A stretch of DNA of 57,529 bases, the filler included, from Catajapyx aquilonaris (Eukaryota), in NCBI GenBank assembly GCA_000934665.2. It is 2 parts of 2 records of this genome, joined end to end, with 100 filler letters (N's around TTAATTAATTAA, not from the genome) between each part and the next. Parts side by side here need not be neighbours in the genome. Positions count along the whole stretch, not along the records: positions 28,820 to 57,529 come from JYFJ02004883.1; 1 more part is not named here. The stretch is one strand, 5' to 3'. Positions 36,901 to 47,117 of this stretch are shown one piece after another. Under the pieces are notes generated by a model that was not told where the DNA came from, made no database searches, and was given only the letters and a program-made list of their open reading frames with translations. A program made the translations under genes and the position numbers. Numbering within the stretch: the first letter of the stretch is position 1; each line of letters starts with the position of its first letter.

Positions 36901-39900
36901 ACGAATTTCTGGTTCTGTGTGTGGTCTAGATCCGAAGTAAGGGCATTACACCACAGAAACGGTAGTGGATATGAGAATTTGTCTCACATCATCTCATGTT
37001 ATCAGGTTTTGTGAAGCTCCAGCATCCATTGCACCTTATGAATGGCCAGATGACATCACCAAGTGGCCCATTTGTAGAAAGATGGGCACCATACCACATG
37101 TTAAAGACAAAACAGCAGAGCACATGGTGTGCGAAGTTATCGGCCACCCCTGCTGTATTGGAATTCACGGCGAATGTCGCATCACCACTCGAGAATACTG
37201 TGACTTTGTCAATGGCTACTTCCATGAAGAAGCCTCCCTGTGTTCTCAGGTGGGCTATCCAGCATCTTACAGGGGTGGATTTATCCACATGGCTGTATTT
37301 TTTTTCGTTCTTTCTCTTTCAGGTTTCTTGTTTGGATGATGTGTGTGGAATGATTCCTTTCTACAACCCGGAAGTTCCTGATCAGTTTTATCGATTGTGG
37401 ACATCCTTGTTTCTCCATGCTGGGTGAGTAATCCACACTTGGCATGTTTCAGCATTGAATTCTAATATGGATATATTTTTTACGAACAGCCTCTTCCACT
37501 TCCTGATAACTGTAACAGTGCAGTTCTTCCTCATGCGAGACCTGGAGAAGATGGCAGGGCCCTTGCGAATTGGAATCATCTACATGGGCTCTGGGGTGGC
37601 CGGGAATCTTGCAAGTGCCATTTTTGTGCCGTACAGGGCGGAGGTAGGAACAAAATGTCGAAGGTTGTGCTCTTGGGCAGAACTGATGCTAACCAGTAGT
37701 TTAAGTGCAGATTTTTGGTGGGAATTGCCTGGTTTGAGCACTAATGAGGAAGAAAAGCTCATCCACCCCTGTAAATCCTCATTGTGTGTCCTAGTGTCCC
37801 ATGCAAAAGAGAAAAGGCAAGGCAATCATTAATTTACCAAGAACACAAAGAGTGAACGGCACTGTAGGTCCCATGGTGTAATGGCTAGCACACTGGACAC
37901 TCGGTCCAGCGATCCGAGTTCGAATCTCGGTGGGACCTTCCAGCCAAAGTGTTGTGCTATTTGTATGCATAACATGTGCCTCTTGACACACTGTAGAAAA
38001 ATTAGCTTTTTTCCCTGCATTGTGAAACACCAATGCAGCTGCTGTTTAGGGGGATGGTATTGTGGAAGTGTGGAAGTATGGATCATGAACTGTCAAATGC
38101 ACAACAATTTTATGATCTTTGGATTTCTAAAGATTTAATAAGTTCCTTCTTTGGATATGGGAAGAATCCAAGAATTTAGGTTTTGAAACTGTGAATCGTA
38201 AGCCTGATAGTGTGCAATTGCCAGTTGACTGAGTGTTATGAAGAGAATGCCATAAATTGGTGTATTTAATAAGTGAATGTCAGTCACCGCATATAAGGAT
38301 CCCTGGATTACATTGGTAACAATTTTGCCTTTGTCTGACTGGCTGAACTGGAGCTTACTTAAACTGAGGTTCTGTGTTTGTATGTTGGCAATTCTGGAGA
38401 GGGAGAGAGAGGTGCCATACTACTATGGTCACAAGCATCATAATGTTTGGTGTGAATGTTAATTTTCTTCAAAAACAAGAGGTATCAGTAATACATGTGT
38501 AGTCAAGTTAACCAATTTCACTGTCCTGGGAAAGATGCGAATTGTTAATAAGGAATGTCCAGGGACAAAAATGCTGCACCATGGTGATATGACATCTCAA
38601 TACAGACAGCAATGGTGAGTGGTGTCAGCATGCAATACTATGCTAAAAGCATTGGCTGAAAGGTCTTTTGCCTTGAACCCATACTCTTAGCATAGTGCAT
38701 TTTACCACTGCACACCTCTGATGGATAGTAATGATGTTGTAGGCTTGCATGTTTGCCATCATATCATAATCATTGCAAGCATATGTTGCATCATCTCATG
38801 TTGACTATTTTACCATGTTCATCATTTCACTCACTGCAGGTCACTAGAATCAGTATTTGGGTCACACAACTGAGAAAGGTTTTCATTTTGTTTTGTCAAG
38901 GTGGCAGTTACTGTGGTGAGAGGATTATGGTCTCCTTGTTATGAATTAATCTCTGATCACTTAATGACATACACGGATATAATTTAATGGTTTTGGTGTA
39001 GGTCAGATAACGAGCAAAATTTTAAATTGTTAGTCTTCCGCAAGAAAGGCGAGATCTTCTGCATCAAAGCAGTGTTCTTTGCAACTTATCCCTGCCAAAG
39101 TTAGGTGTTTTACTGGCTGTTTTTCCCCCGGAGCTGATGTCAAATGATCACTTCCAAGATGCTATGTTTTGTCTCATTGGAATGCAAATGTCTTGTGCCA
39201 CAGTGCACAAAAATACCGAACACCTTGATTGCTGTTTTTGTTCTTGCAAAAATAGGCATGAACCAATATACAGTACATAACCTTAATTTATAGTGATGGC
39301 AGATGACATTGCAAGTGTTTTCAATCTGTTTTGAAGGTCAGGTGGGATATTCACTTAAGCCAACCCACTCGATTATTACATTGTAAGTTCATGACAAGGA
39401 GAGTCTTACCATCCCACTTAATGTATTTATTTTATTTTGTGTGTCACATCATTCATTTATTATTTGAAACTGAAGTATTTTGTGAATCCCAAAAGTTAGA
39501 TCAGGCCTGTATAGTTGAGAGCAACGCAGATTCTTGTGGCATTTAAGTCATTTCATGAACTTGTTTGCTGAAGGATGCCTGCCTTGATGCCCACACCATT
39601 TGCAAAAATTTCTGCTGCTGAGCCGGGCCTTATTTATGCTATCATAGAAGAGAGATAGCTCTGATGGAGCTACAGTGTGCTATATGATGGTCTCTATTAG
39701 AGCAAACTCTAGCATCATCTGCCAATATCTAGTGAACATTCTCAGTGGTGAGAATGATTGCCAGAAATTGTCCAGGGGTTGACATCAGAGTTTCCTCTAT
39801 GCATCAACCAAAAGGAGTCCCTGTAGCTCCAGCCCAGAGCTCTCTGAATACTATGAAAGCATAGAATAGGCCCTGTCCAGCAGAAACTTTTGCCACTCTG

Positions 39901-40571
39901 CCACATTGGCCTTGAGCAGACAAATGTGGGGGATAAAACTCACTGGTGCTCACTGGTAAGATTTCCCACAATGATGCAGCAAGTGGCCCTTGGTCTGAGC
40001 TTTCTTTTGGGATGCACAGTACATTCAGGTTCAGAAGCTATTGTTGCCTGACTACCAACACAACCTGCAGTGTACCCAGTGTGCCGAGTTGAGCGAGCAA
40101 AGCATGAACAAGTGTGATATTGAGTGTTCCTCCCGACAGGTGGGTCCATCTGGGGCACAATTTGGCCTGCTGGCATGCCTGGTGGTGGAAGTGCTGAACG
40201 TGTGGCCCATGCTCAAAAGGCCAGGCGTGGCTTTGGGCCGCCTGCTGAGTGTGGCACTGGCCCTTTTTGTGCTGGGCCTGTTGCCCTGGGTGGACAACTA
40301 TGCCCATCTGTTTGGCTTCATCTTTGGCTTCCTCCTGTCCTACGCCCTGCTGCCCTTTGTTTCCTTTGGGCCATATGACCGCCAGCGCAAGGTCCTGCTC
40401 ATCTGGGTCTGCCTCCTGTCCAGTTTAGTGCTCTTCCTGGGCCTTGTCATCCTCTTCTACGTGACGCCTGTGTATGACTGCGAGGCCTGCAAGTACTTGA
40501 ACTGCATCCCCATCACACGCAACTTCTGTGCTAGCCAAAACATCAACCTGAGGAAGACTGACATCATTTGA
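30911..40571 (+). CDS. iRhom: Inactive rhomboid protein (iRhom; RHBDF1/2, Drosophila rho-5 orthologue), 15 coding exons, 852 aa
   Basis: join(30911-30936,31113-31385,32028-32229,32315-32458,32521-32688,34464-34612,34682-34837,34895-35078,35152-35226,35289-35450,36848-36936,37006-37249,37323-37423,37490-37643,40140-40571) = 2559 nt; all introns GT-AG and phases consistent. Motifs: [32 protein letters not shown] (TM1), Cys-rich iRhom homology domain ([13 protein letters not shown]...CCIGIHGEC), [16 protein letters not shown], GPxG, DNYAHLFG. Confidence 0.95.
31113..31385 (+). CDS. iRhom: iRhom exon 2 (Gly/Ser-rich N-terminus to LSRTEVVK)
   Basis: TTTTCAG| acceptor, AA|GTATGT donor, open frame. 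Confidence 0.8.
31412..31985. mobile_element. piggyBac-type MITE in iRhom intron 2
   Basis: TTAA|CCCTTTATCTACCAC ... GTGGTAGATAAAGGG|TTAA: perfect 15-bp TIR with TTAA TSD. Confidence 0.9.
32028..32229 (+). CDS. iRhom: iRhom exon 3 ([12 protein letters not shown]...AVHQ)
   Basis: TTCCAG| and |GTACAT; conserved TAxFFGV and W..RRKRLA..KYG block. Confidence 0.9.
32315..32458 (+). CDS. iRhom: iRhom exon 4 (ESPG...[13 protein letters not shown])
   Basis: ACAG| and |GTAAGA, 144 bp. Confidence 0.9.
32521..32688 (+). CDS. iRhom: iRhom exon 5 (MLSRRR...[10 protein letters not shown]...HDE)
   Basis: TTAG| and |GTATGA, 168 bp; joins to give DEVFFD. Confidence 0.85.
33744..34028 (+). mobile_element. 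Second copy of the (GGTTA)n-containing non-autonomous element
   Basis: TCAATAAGCTGTGGGG / CCCCATAGCTTATTGA inverted ends; homologous to 6521-6800. Confidence 0.75.
34464..34612 (+). CDS. iRhom: iRhom exon 6
   Basis: CTTCAG| and |GTAAAT, 149 bp, VFFDK...VQR. Confidence 0.85.
34682..34837 (+). CDS. iRhom: iRhom exon 7
   Basis: ACCAG| and |[23 protein letters not shown]. Confidence 0.92.
34895..35078 (+). CDS. iRhom: iRhom exon 8 (TM1)
   Basis: TACAG| and |[20 protein letters not shown]. Confidence 0.95.
35152..35226 (+). CDS. iRhom: iRhom exon 9
   Basis: TTTAG| and |[31 protein letters not shown]. Confidence 0.93.
35289..35450 (+). CDS. iRhom: iRhom exon 10 (iRhom homology domain)
   Basis: TTCCAG| and |[21 protein letters not shown]...TACCIRND. 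Confidence 0.95.
36848..36936 (+). CDS. iRhom: iRhom exon 11
   Basis: CCACAG| and |GTAAGG; ISTWKKW...SGSVCGLDP. Confidence 0.93.
37006..37249 (+). CDS. iRhom: iRhom exon 12
   Basis: ATCAG| and |[17 protein letters not shown]...[12 protein letters not shown]. Confidence 0.95.
37323..37423 (+). CDS. iRhom: iRhom exon 13
   Basis: TTTCAG| and |[15 protein letters not shown]...[16 protein letters not shown]. Confidence 0.95.
37490..37643 (+). CDS. iRhom: iRhom exon 14
   Basis: AACAG| and |[14 protein letters not shown]...[14 protein letters not shown]. Confidence 0.95.
37867..37938 (+). tRNA. tRNA-Gln-body gene with atypical anticodon loop (anticodon CTC, A33); probable pseudo-tRNA
   Basis: 72 nt GGTCCCATGGTGTAATGGCTAGCACACTGGACACTCGGTCCAGCGATCCGAGTTCGAATCTCGGTGGGACCT. 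All four stems pair, A and B boxes intact, body matches eukaryotic tRNA-Gln; loop is CACTCGG instead of CTCTGAA/CTTTGAA. Confidence 0.8.
39625..39873. mobile_element. Degenerate MITE in iRhom intron 14
   Basis: GGGCCTTATTTATGCTATCATAG..GGAGCTACAG is inverted as CTGTAGCTCC..CTATGAAAGCATAGAATAGGCCC. Confidence 0.6.
40140..40571 (+). CDS. iRhom: iRhom exon 15, terminal (TM4-TM7)
   Basis: CGACAG| acceptor; [14 protein letters not shown]...[11 protein letters not shown]...CKYLNCIP; stop TGA at 40569-40571. Confidence 0.95.
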   Translation: MGPSGAQFGLLACLVVEVLNVWPMLKRPGVALGRLLSVALALFVLGLLPWVDNYAHLFGFIFGFLLSYALLPFVSFGPYDRQRKVLLIWVCLLSSLVLFLGLVILFYVTPVYDCEACKYLNCIPITRNFCASQNINLRKTDII

Positions 40572-42799
40572 CCCACGGCCTGGGCCGTAACTGCCACGAC
40601 TGTTACGACTAAGCCCAGACGCTGCCGCCGCCGGGACGTTGCGTCAGAGCGACGGACACGAGCCAGCTCTGCCTCGTGATATCCGGTTTGCCTCTGGTAA
40701 CGCTTGAACTCTTGTGATACACATGTAAGAACATCCCGATTCTTTCTCATTTGTTCCTGTTCCAACACAATCGAGAGTAAACCAAACATCCTAAAAGAAA
40801 AACAACAAAAAAAGGGAGAAAGAAAAATTTTGTGCTCCTCATCTCCAGTGAGGAAAGACTGACTTTGTGAACCATTTTGTTGTGTGATTCTTTTTTGCTC
40901 CTCACATCAGAAAAGATGGAAAAAGACCAGTGTGGCGTGGGGGACTGTTAATTGTTGCGTGTACCCCAATCTGGGAAGCTGAGGGGGGAAGGGGGAAGGG
41001 GAGGCAGCCGTGCATTGCAGCGCATCCAATGCCTGCAGAGTGCATCATCAACCTTCTGATTCCACGAAGCCTCAGAGTCTTTTCCTTAGGGCAATCATCA
41101 TCATCGTCGTCATTTGTTGGTTTTCATCTGCATCTTTTGTTTCTCCCCTTGTGAGGCAGCAAAAACTTTTGTGGGCCAGTTGACAAGATTATACAGTAAC
41201 ATTGTCGCAAGACAGCACTTTTCTATCTTGTAAATTACATTTATAAAAGAATGCGTTGTAAAAAAATTGTTTCTACAGACAAGTTGTCAATTGTTAATAG
41301 AGTGGGATGTGTACTAATTTGACGTGACTAACCCTATGTGTGGTCAGTACATTGTAACATACACTTGCTGTTTATAGCAGTGGGAAAGAGAGTGCAAAAT
41401 TTTCCATGGATGTTATGTTTTCATCAAAACATTGATTCACAAAGGCTACGAGAAGACACCTGCAATTCTTCAGATTGATTAATGTGGCAGGCAAATGTTT
41501 GTTGCCATGGCAAAGCATCGTGCGTCATTGGAATTGGTTGCAGTAGATGGTATGTACTTGTCGTGACCAGAAGGACGAGAAAACTAAATTATTGTCAGTT
41601 TTTTGTCACTAGTGCATACCGTTACGCTAGTGTGACAAGCAAGGCGTTCTGTACCCTTCTCTACCAAGGAACTTGTGAGGAAGCATCTTGCAAAGCATAT
41701 GATCACTGCTGATGATGGTGCATGAGCTTGGCTGGTTCGTTTCCGCTGCGTGCAGCCCATGTGCATACTTCTGTCGACTCCTCGTGCCAAAAGACTCCCT
41801 TGAGTCGATCCAGTTCTGTTCTGCCACCTGAGGTGAGAAAGGGCTCTTTTGCAGTGAGATCTGCACAAGGATTTTCTTTTGTGACATAGAATGTGTGCCA
41901 AAAAATTATTAAGCACTCTTGGTGATGCATATGTGCACGTTGATTTGATCAGAGGAGGTGCAGGGAGAAGCGTGGCTAGTATCGATGATGTTAGTGGAGG
42001 ATCCCTCTAGCCATGAATATACCGCTGAGATAAGCATGCACTATCAACAAACAGGTTATTTGTCACCATTCATAGGCCAATATATTGACTTGTTAAATTA
42101 TTGTAGTTTAGATCATTTCATGGGGATACTGATGCTGTTATTGACCAAGTTTATATTGTTGACACATACTTGGGAAAATATCAATAACTTTTTAAGTGCA
42201 TTTTATGAATGTGAACTTCCAAAAATGTGGTTAAAATATTTTGCCATGATGTATCTTTCTTGCACTAGCATCATTATTGGAGGGCAGGGTACAGAACACT
42301 CCCTTCTTTGTTGGTGTAAATGGAACCGTTCAGGTTTCTCCACTTGGCCTAATCACGAAACTTCTATTGCATGGCGAGGAAAAGCTGGATTTGGAGCCCA
42401 TTCCGACAAAGAGCAAAACAAATGGTGGCCCAAGTTGAGGAAGAGCCTGCAGTGTGTAAGCCGAGATTCACGGAGTTTGTGGTCAGAAGATTGGTGATTG
42501 GCCACGGCTTTGGCTTTTTTGTCACGAGTGAGACAGCCTGAATGTCGTGGGGTTTTGTAAATTGGGGTATGACTGGAACTGTGTTCAAGGGAGGTGAATG
42601 CACAGAATGTGTGCATGCTTTTGTATCCTCTGTAGCATTCATAATAGTGATAATAATTATGCATAAGTCGAGTGGAAATGTAAATTTTTTTCCCCATCAT
42701 AGATTTTTATATGAAATACATACAAGAATAATTTTTGGTAATGATATCATCTTTTGTCATTGCTGCCACTTTGAATCCTTCGAGGGGTAAATCACTTGT

Positions 42800-42927
42800 C
42801 CAGTCCGTTGTACGGCAGGGGCCAAGTCCAACCAAGTCCGGGTTCAAGTCCGACCAAGTCCCCCAAGTGCGGGTCAAGTCCGAGCCCAAATCCGCCAAGT
42901 CCGACCCTTTGCAAGTCCATTGTACGC
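42800..42927. repeat. Degenerate tandem CAAGTCC motif array (TE subterminal-like)
   Basis: About 9 copies of CAAGTCC/CAAATCC at 8-17 bp spacing. Confidence 0.6.
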
Positions 42928-44524
42928 TCACTACAGAGTGATTTACCCCTTGGAATCCTTACTTACACCCACTCTACAGCACACTAGCATCCACTTGAGA
43001 TTGTGTTCGACTTGGCCTCACTGAAACAGGATTTGCCAACCATACAAAGTCTACTACATTAGAAGTTCTGAATAGATGTACTGCACACAGATGGATCAAC
43101 TCATTATGGTATGCTCTCTACAGTACTATATTAGTATTAAGGTCCTTAGGAAATTGTGGGCATACAGGAGAAAAGAGTCCAAAAATCCACTTTCAAGGTA
43201 ATCCAAATCAAAGATTTGGCCTTGCACTTTTTTACATGCAAGTAAATACAGATAATCCTGCCTGGTTGGCTAATTATCAATATTTAGGACCAAAATAATG
43301 GACTTGACCAGGTGATGGAACAGAAAAAATGCCTCAACTCGAAACCTCCAAAAAGGCTTGCAGAATTCGCATGCGCAACATATACATGCATACCTTGTTA
43401 TTATGGTAGGTTCAATTCAAGAGCACTGCCATAAAGTGAATGAGCTTTTTCACTTGCTAGTGCATAAGTTATGAAACCGTAAAAACGTGTTTACACTATC
43501 AAGTGTGCAATAGAGCTATAGGCTATGCTGAAAATGACAGTTTACAATAAATAATAATGCTCATCAGCTGATGACTTAATACATATTTGAAAGTGCTATA
43601 TTTGCAAAATTCTGTACCAATGCACCAAATTTTATGAAAATTCTTGAATGGCACTTGGAAAGTGTCCCTTGTCAGCCAACCCCACTACATAGTACCATTA
43701 CCCCTCGCATGACCCTGTCAGTGGCAAGAGTGCAGTGAGAGTGAGGATATGCAACTCCTGTGTGAGCGGTAGCGGTAGGCCTACAGTACAGTACTGTGTG
43801 GACATAGTTGAATTTAAGTTGTAGCCTACTGTTTTTGTTGTTGTCGTTGTTGTTAATAAATTACAGAGCAATTTGGGCTGTAGGACCTTCAAAAGGTTCG
43901 GTCAGTCCCGTAAAGCTTCCTTAACAAGTAGCCTACTATGTGGGCAGGTTGGTGGTGGTGGCTGGGTTGAGGTGATGACTCACCCTGGACAAACAAACAT
44001 ACAGCTTTGCCAACTTTTGGGAAAGGGTTCACAAGTACATGGCTTATTCTATTTTTATGCCATTTATTTTAAGGGCGGTAGCCCTTAAGTAAGACCGTAG
44101 CATAGCGTTTCAACAATGAATTTTTCCTGTTTCTTCTTGTTACGTTTTTTTCAATCACCCTAACTCAGATTTTGCTGTAGGTAGAGCTTCCAAATTTTAA
44201 ACACAGATCCCCCACCATTGTGAATTGATTTCCTATGATTTACACGTTTACTTAATTCCTCTTCAAAACGCCGCAAAAAATTGAGACCACTAAATAATAC
44301 GTTTTCATTTTTTTTCTCAATAACTATTCGGAATTCGGTTTCTTCGTCAAAGGGCCGAAGGTGCAGTGGGATGGTGCGGATCTACGTTCAAAATCTCACA
44401 GTTCCCACTGGTACAGGATTGGAGCTGTGATTTTTTTACATCATATTTTTTCTGTCATTACTTCATATTTTGTTCATGACGCCATCACCTAGAAACGTCA
44501 GTTGTTGTTTACCACCTCATATAT

Positions 44525-44767
44525 TGTTGTGGGTCAAAGGTTGTGCCTCTGCGGTGGGTTCGGTCCAAAGTTCGGTCGTGCTTGACATCTTGGAACAATG
44601 GGTCGGAGAAGGCGACAGAGGAAGGCTGCAAGGAGGGCTCAGATAAAAGGATGCATTGTCCATATGCGGAAAAGCGAGATTCTAGGTAGGGACACATTTA
44701 TATAGGGTATAATCAAATTCATTATACGGGTTGGTTGGCATAAACTGGAACTGGTCACTCTATAACA
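44525..44767. mobile_element. Possible solo LTR
   Basis: TGTTGT...ATAACA ends; flanks ATAT/ATGA match only partly. Confidence 0.3.
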
Positions 44768-46730
44768 ATGACAATAACACGAGTTGTCTCCAGTTCCTGC
44801 AGCCGAGTCGTACGTGTGACCTGTTCGAACGAGGCTCCGGAAGTGCTGTCCGTTGACTACACGCCGCGTTGGCTGGTAGCACTTGACTTTCGTTATTTTA
44901 CGACTGTCTCTGTGAAAATAATTTTAGGAACTTCTTAGCGACGAAAATCGTCTCCAATGCATTCATAGTGCAGACTGTATAGTGTAGACACTGTAGAGCA
45001 TAAGTTATGTGTACTGTCAAAAAAGAACTGAAATTAGATCAAAAACTTTCCCTTCAGTAAAAAAAAGAGAAGTAAGACCTCCGCGGCGGAATAAAAGTAC
45101 TGAAACAAGGCAGGCGCACGTAAGACCTTCACCAATTGATTTAAGCTGTACCATAGGTCTTACTCAAGCAATTCTCAAGTACGGTATGGAACGTCTCGTA
45201 AAATGACTGCTGCAAACTACTCAGAGCAGTATAGGTACGGTAGGATTTTATTATGAAAAGAAAAAAACGGGGGGAAAACAAAACCCAGCATTCTAACAGA
45301 CTTGGTCCAATCGAAAAAGACCCTCTAAAATTCACCAATTAACGTTTATATGTGAAAAATTAAACGAAAGACTTAAAATCAGCATCTAAAAGGGGTGCCG
45401 ATTCTGCATATGAATGTTTCATGGCAATAATTCGCACTAATCGCATAGAAATTCAATGTGCTTAATATTGAAGTTCCTCTAATTTCATAAAACACTAATA
45501 TGGAGTGGCTCATGGAAAATTAATGGGTGGAATTTTCGTCGTACTATACTATTGCTATTAACTATAGGTCTGTAGTTACTGTTAACTTAGCAGTACCATT
45601 GCACTACACTGGTACTGCTAAGTTAGAAATAACTAGAGTACTGTCGGACCTAGGCAGGGACGGGTCCGAATATAAGTTGGAGGGTATGTTGGTTCAGGTA
45701 TGGTGACATTAAAATGTCTATGACCGTTTCTATTAATGCTTGTTTATTATACGTAAAGATTTTACATTTCCACCTACGAGTACGTCTTTGCTTCATGTTA
45801 CAGCTTACATGAAGATGTTAGTATTTTCTCTCAGTCCCCCAAAATCACATAATTTGCGATTGAAAATTCTTACCTGCGTCTGGTGCCTAACCTCTGCCTG
45901 GGTGTCGGTATGTGCAGTCTCTTTCAAATTATTCCCGGCGCTGCTTTTATAATGCCCGGTTTTTTGGGTGGGGTTTACACCACGTGAGTATGCTAGTTCG
46001 GAGGTTTTCTATGACCTGGAACTGCATCCTTCATCATAGAGACAGGCGTATTCTCTGCTCCTGAACTCTAATGATGCTTTTGAATGGTTTCTAGTACTTG
46101 AAATTCTACAGATTTGCTACTGCCTTGCTCACGTTATGCAGTTCCATACAATTTTGTTTTAATAGGCAGGCTTACTCTATAATACTCAAGAGTCTATCAA
46201 ATGCTATTTTATATTGTAATTTAATCTTGTTTATGTTACTTGTTACGCCGTATGCGGTATGACAAATATCCACCCACAACGGTAAAGAATTTTCAATCGC
46301 TTTTGCAATGGTTTGTCTTTAGCTCTGGTACTCCAATAACACATATGCGTAACACTCTTTGCCATTATTTTATACATTTCTTGGCAGCGAAACACACTTT
46401 ATCTGAATTATAAACAATAAGCAGTCTATGGAGTCATCAACGCTTAACAATTCAAACTTCCTGTACATTAAACACTTACGTCACTTGAACTTGAACTGTA
46501 ACAATTGCTTATGTCACCTTAACAATCACTGAAGTCATTTGTATCTGAATATACCGAAATTGCTATAATATACTCACACATATACAGTGGTAACGAGAAC
46601 TATGCAAATGGGCACTGACACTGTGTTGTCACTATGTGTCACTAGACGCACTTGGTACACTACTGGATGGGCTGGATACGGTACTGTTTGTATACCGTTG
46701 AAGTGTGTTATTCTATACACTCACGACCTA

Positions 46731-47117
46731 TTACCGGGTTGGGGATATCTGTATCGAGTCTGAATACAAGATTCCAGGACAGTTCACACGTTGACAATAT
46801 GCATAAAATTCTCTGAAGTCTGCGAAACAATGAAACCGACCTATATCATGGTGACGGATATGCAGGTCGTTGTTGGTCCAACCTCTTCCATCTGTGTTGA
46901 AATGGTGTAGCATGGTTTGTCGGACTCCATCCATCTGATAATGAAGTGGTCCTGGGTGGTTATCGCTATCATAATACGGGATTGGTGGTCCCGCTGGTCT
47001 TCTTCTTGTCTCTGTAGTCTGGACCCCCACGTCTGCCAGCGATGTCCGTGATCGGTTTCGTAGACGTGATAACAACCAGGTTACTGTCCATATCAATACA
47101 ATAGGTAGCTCCCACAT
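46731..47117 (-). CDS. Hypothetical 128-aa protein with N-terminal hydrophobic anchor (TIR-element cargo)
   Basis: Intact intronless ATG..TAA ORF (followed by TAG) in otherwise AT-rich DNA; MWELPIVLIWTVTWLL then a basic stretch; no family recognised. Confidence 0.4.
   Translation of the reverse strand: MWELPIVLIWTVTWLLSRLRNRSRTSLADVGVQTTETRRRPAGPPIPYYDSDNHPGPLHYQMDGVRQTMLHHFNTDGRGWTNNDLHIRHHDIGRFHCFADFREFYAYCQRVNCPGILYSDSIQISPTR

Noticed and set aside
41958..42497. 179-aa plus-strand ORF after iRhom
   Set aside because: Non-ATG start and no homology cues; lies in the probable 3' UTR or downstream region.
42800..42927. CRISPR-like repeat-spacer appearance
   Set aside because: Repeat is only 7 bp with very short spacers, in a eukaryotic context with no cas genes.
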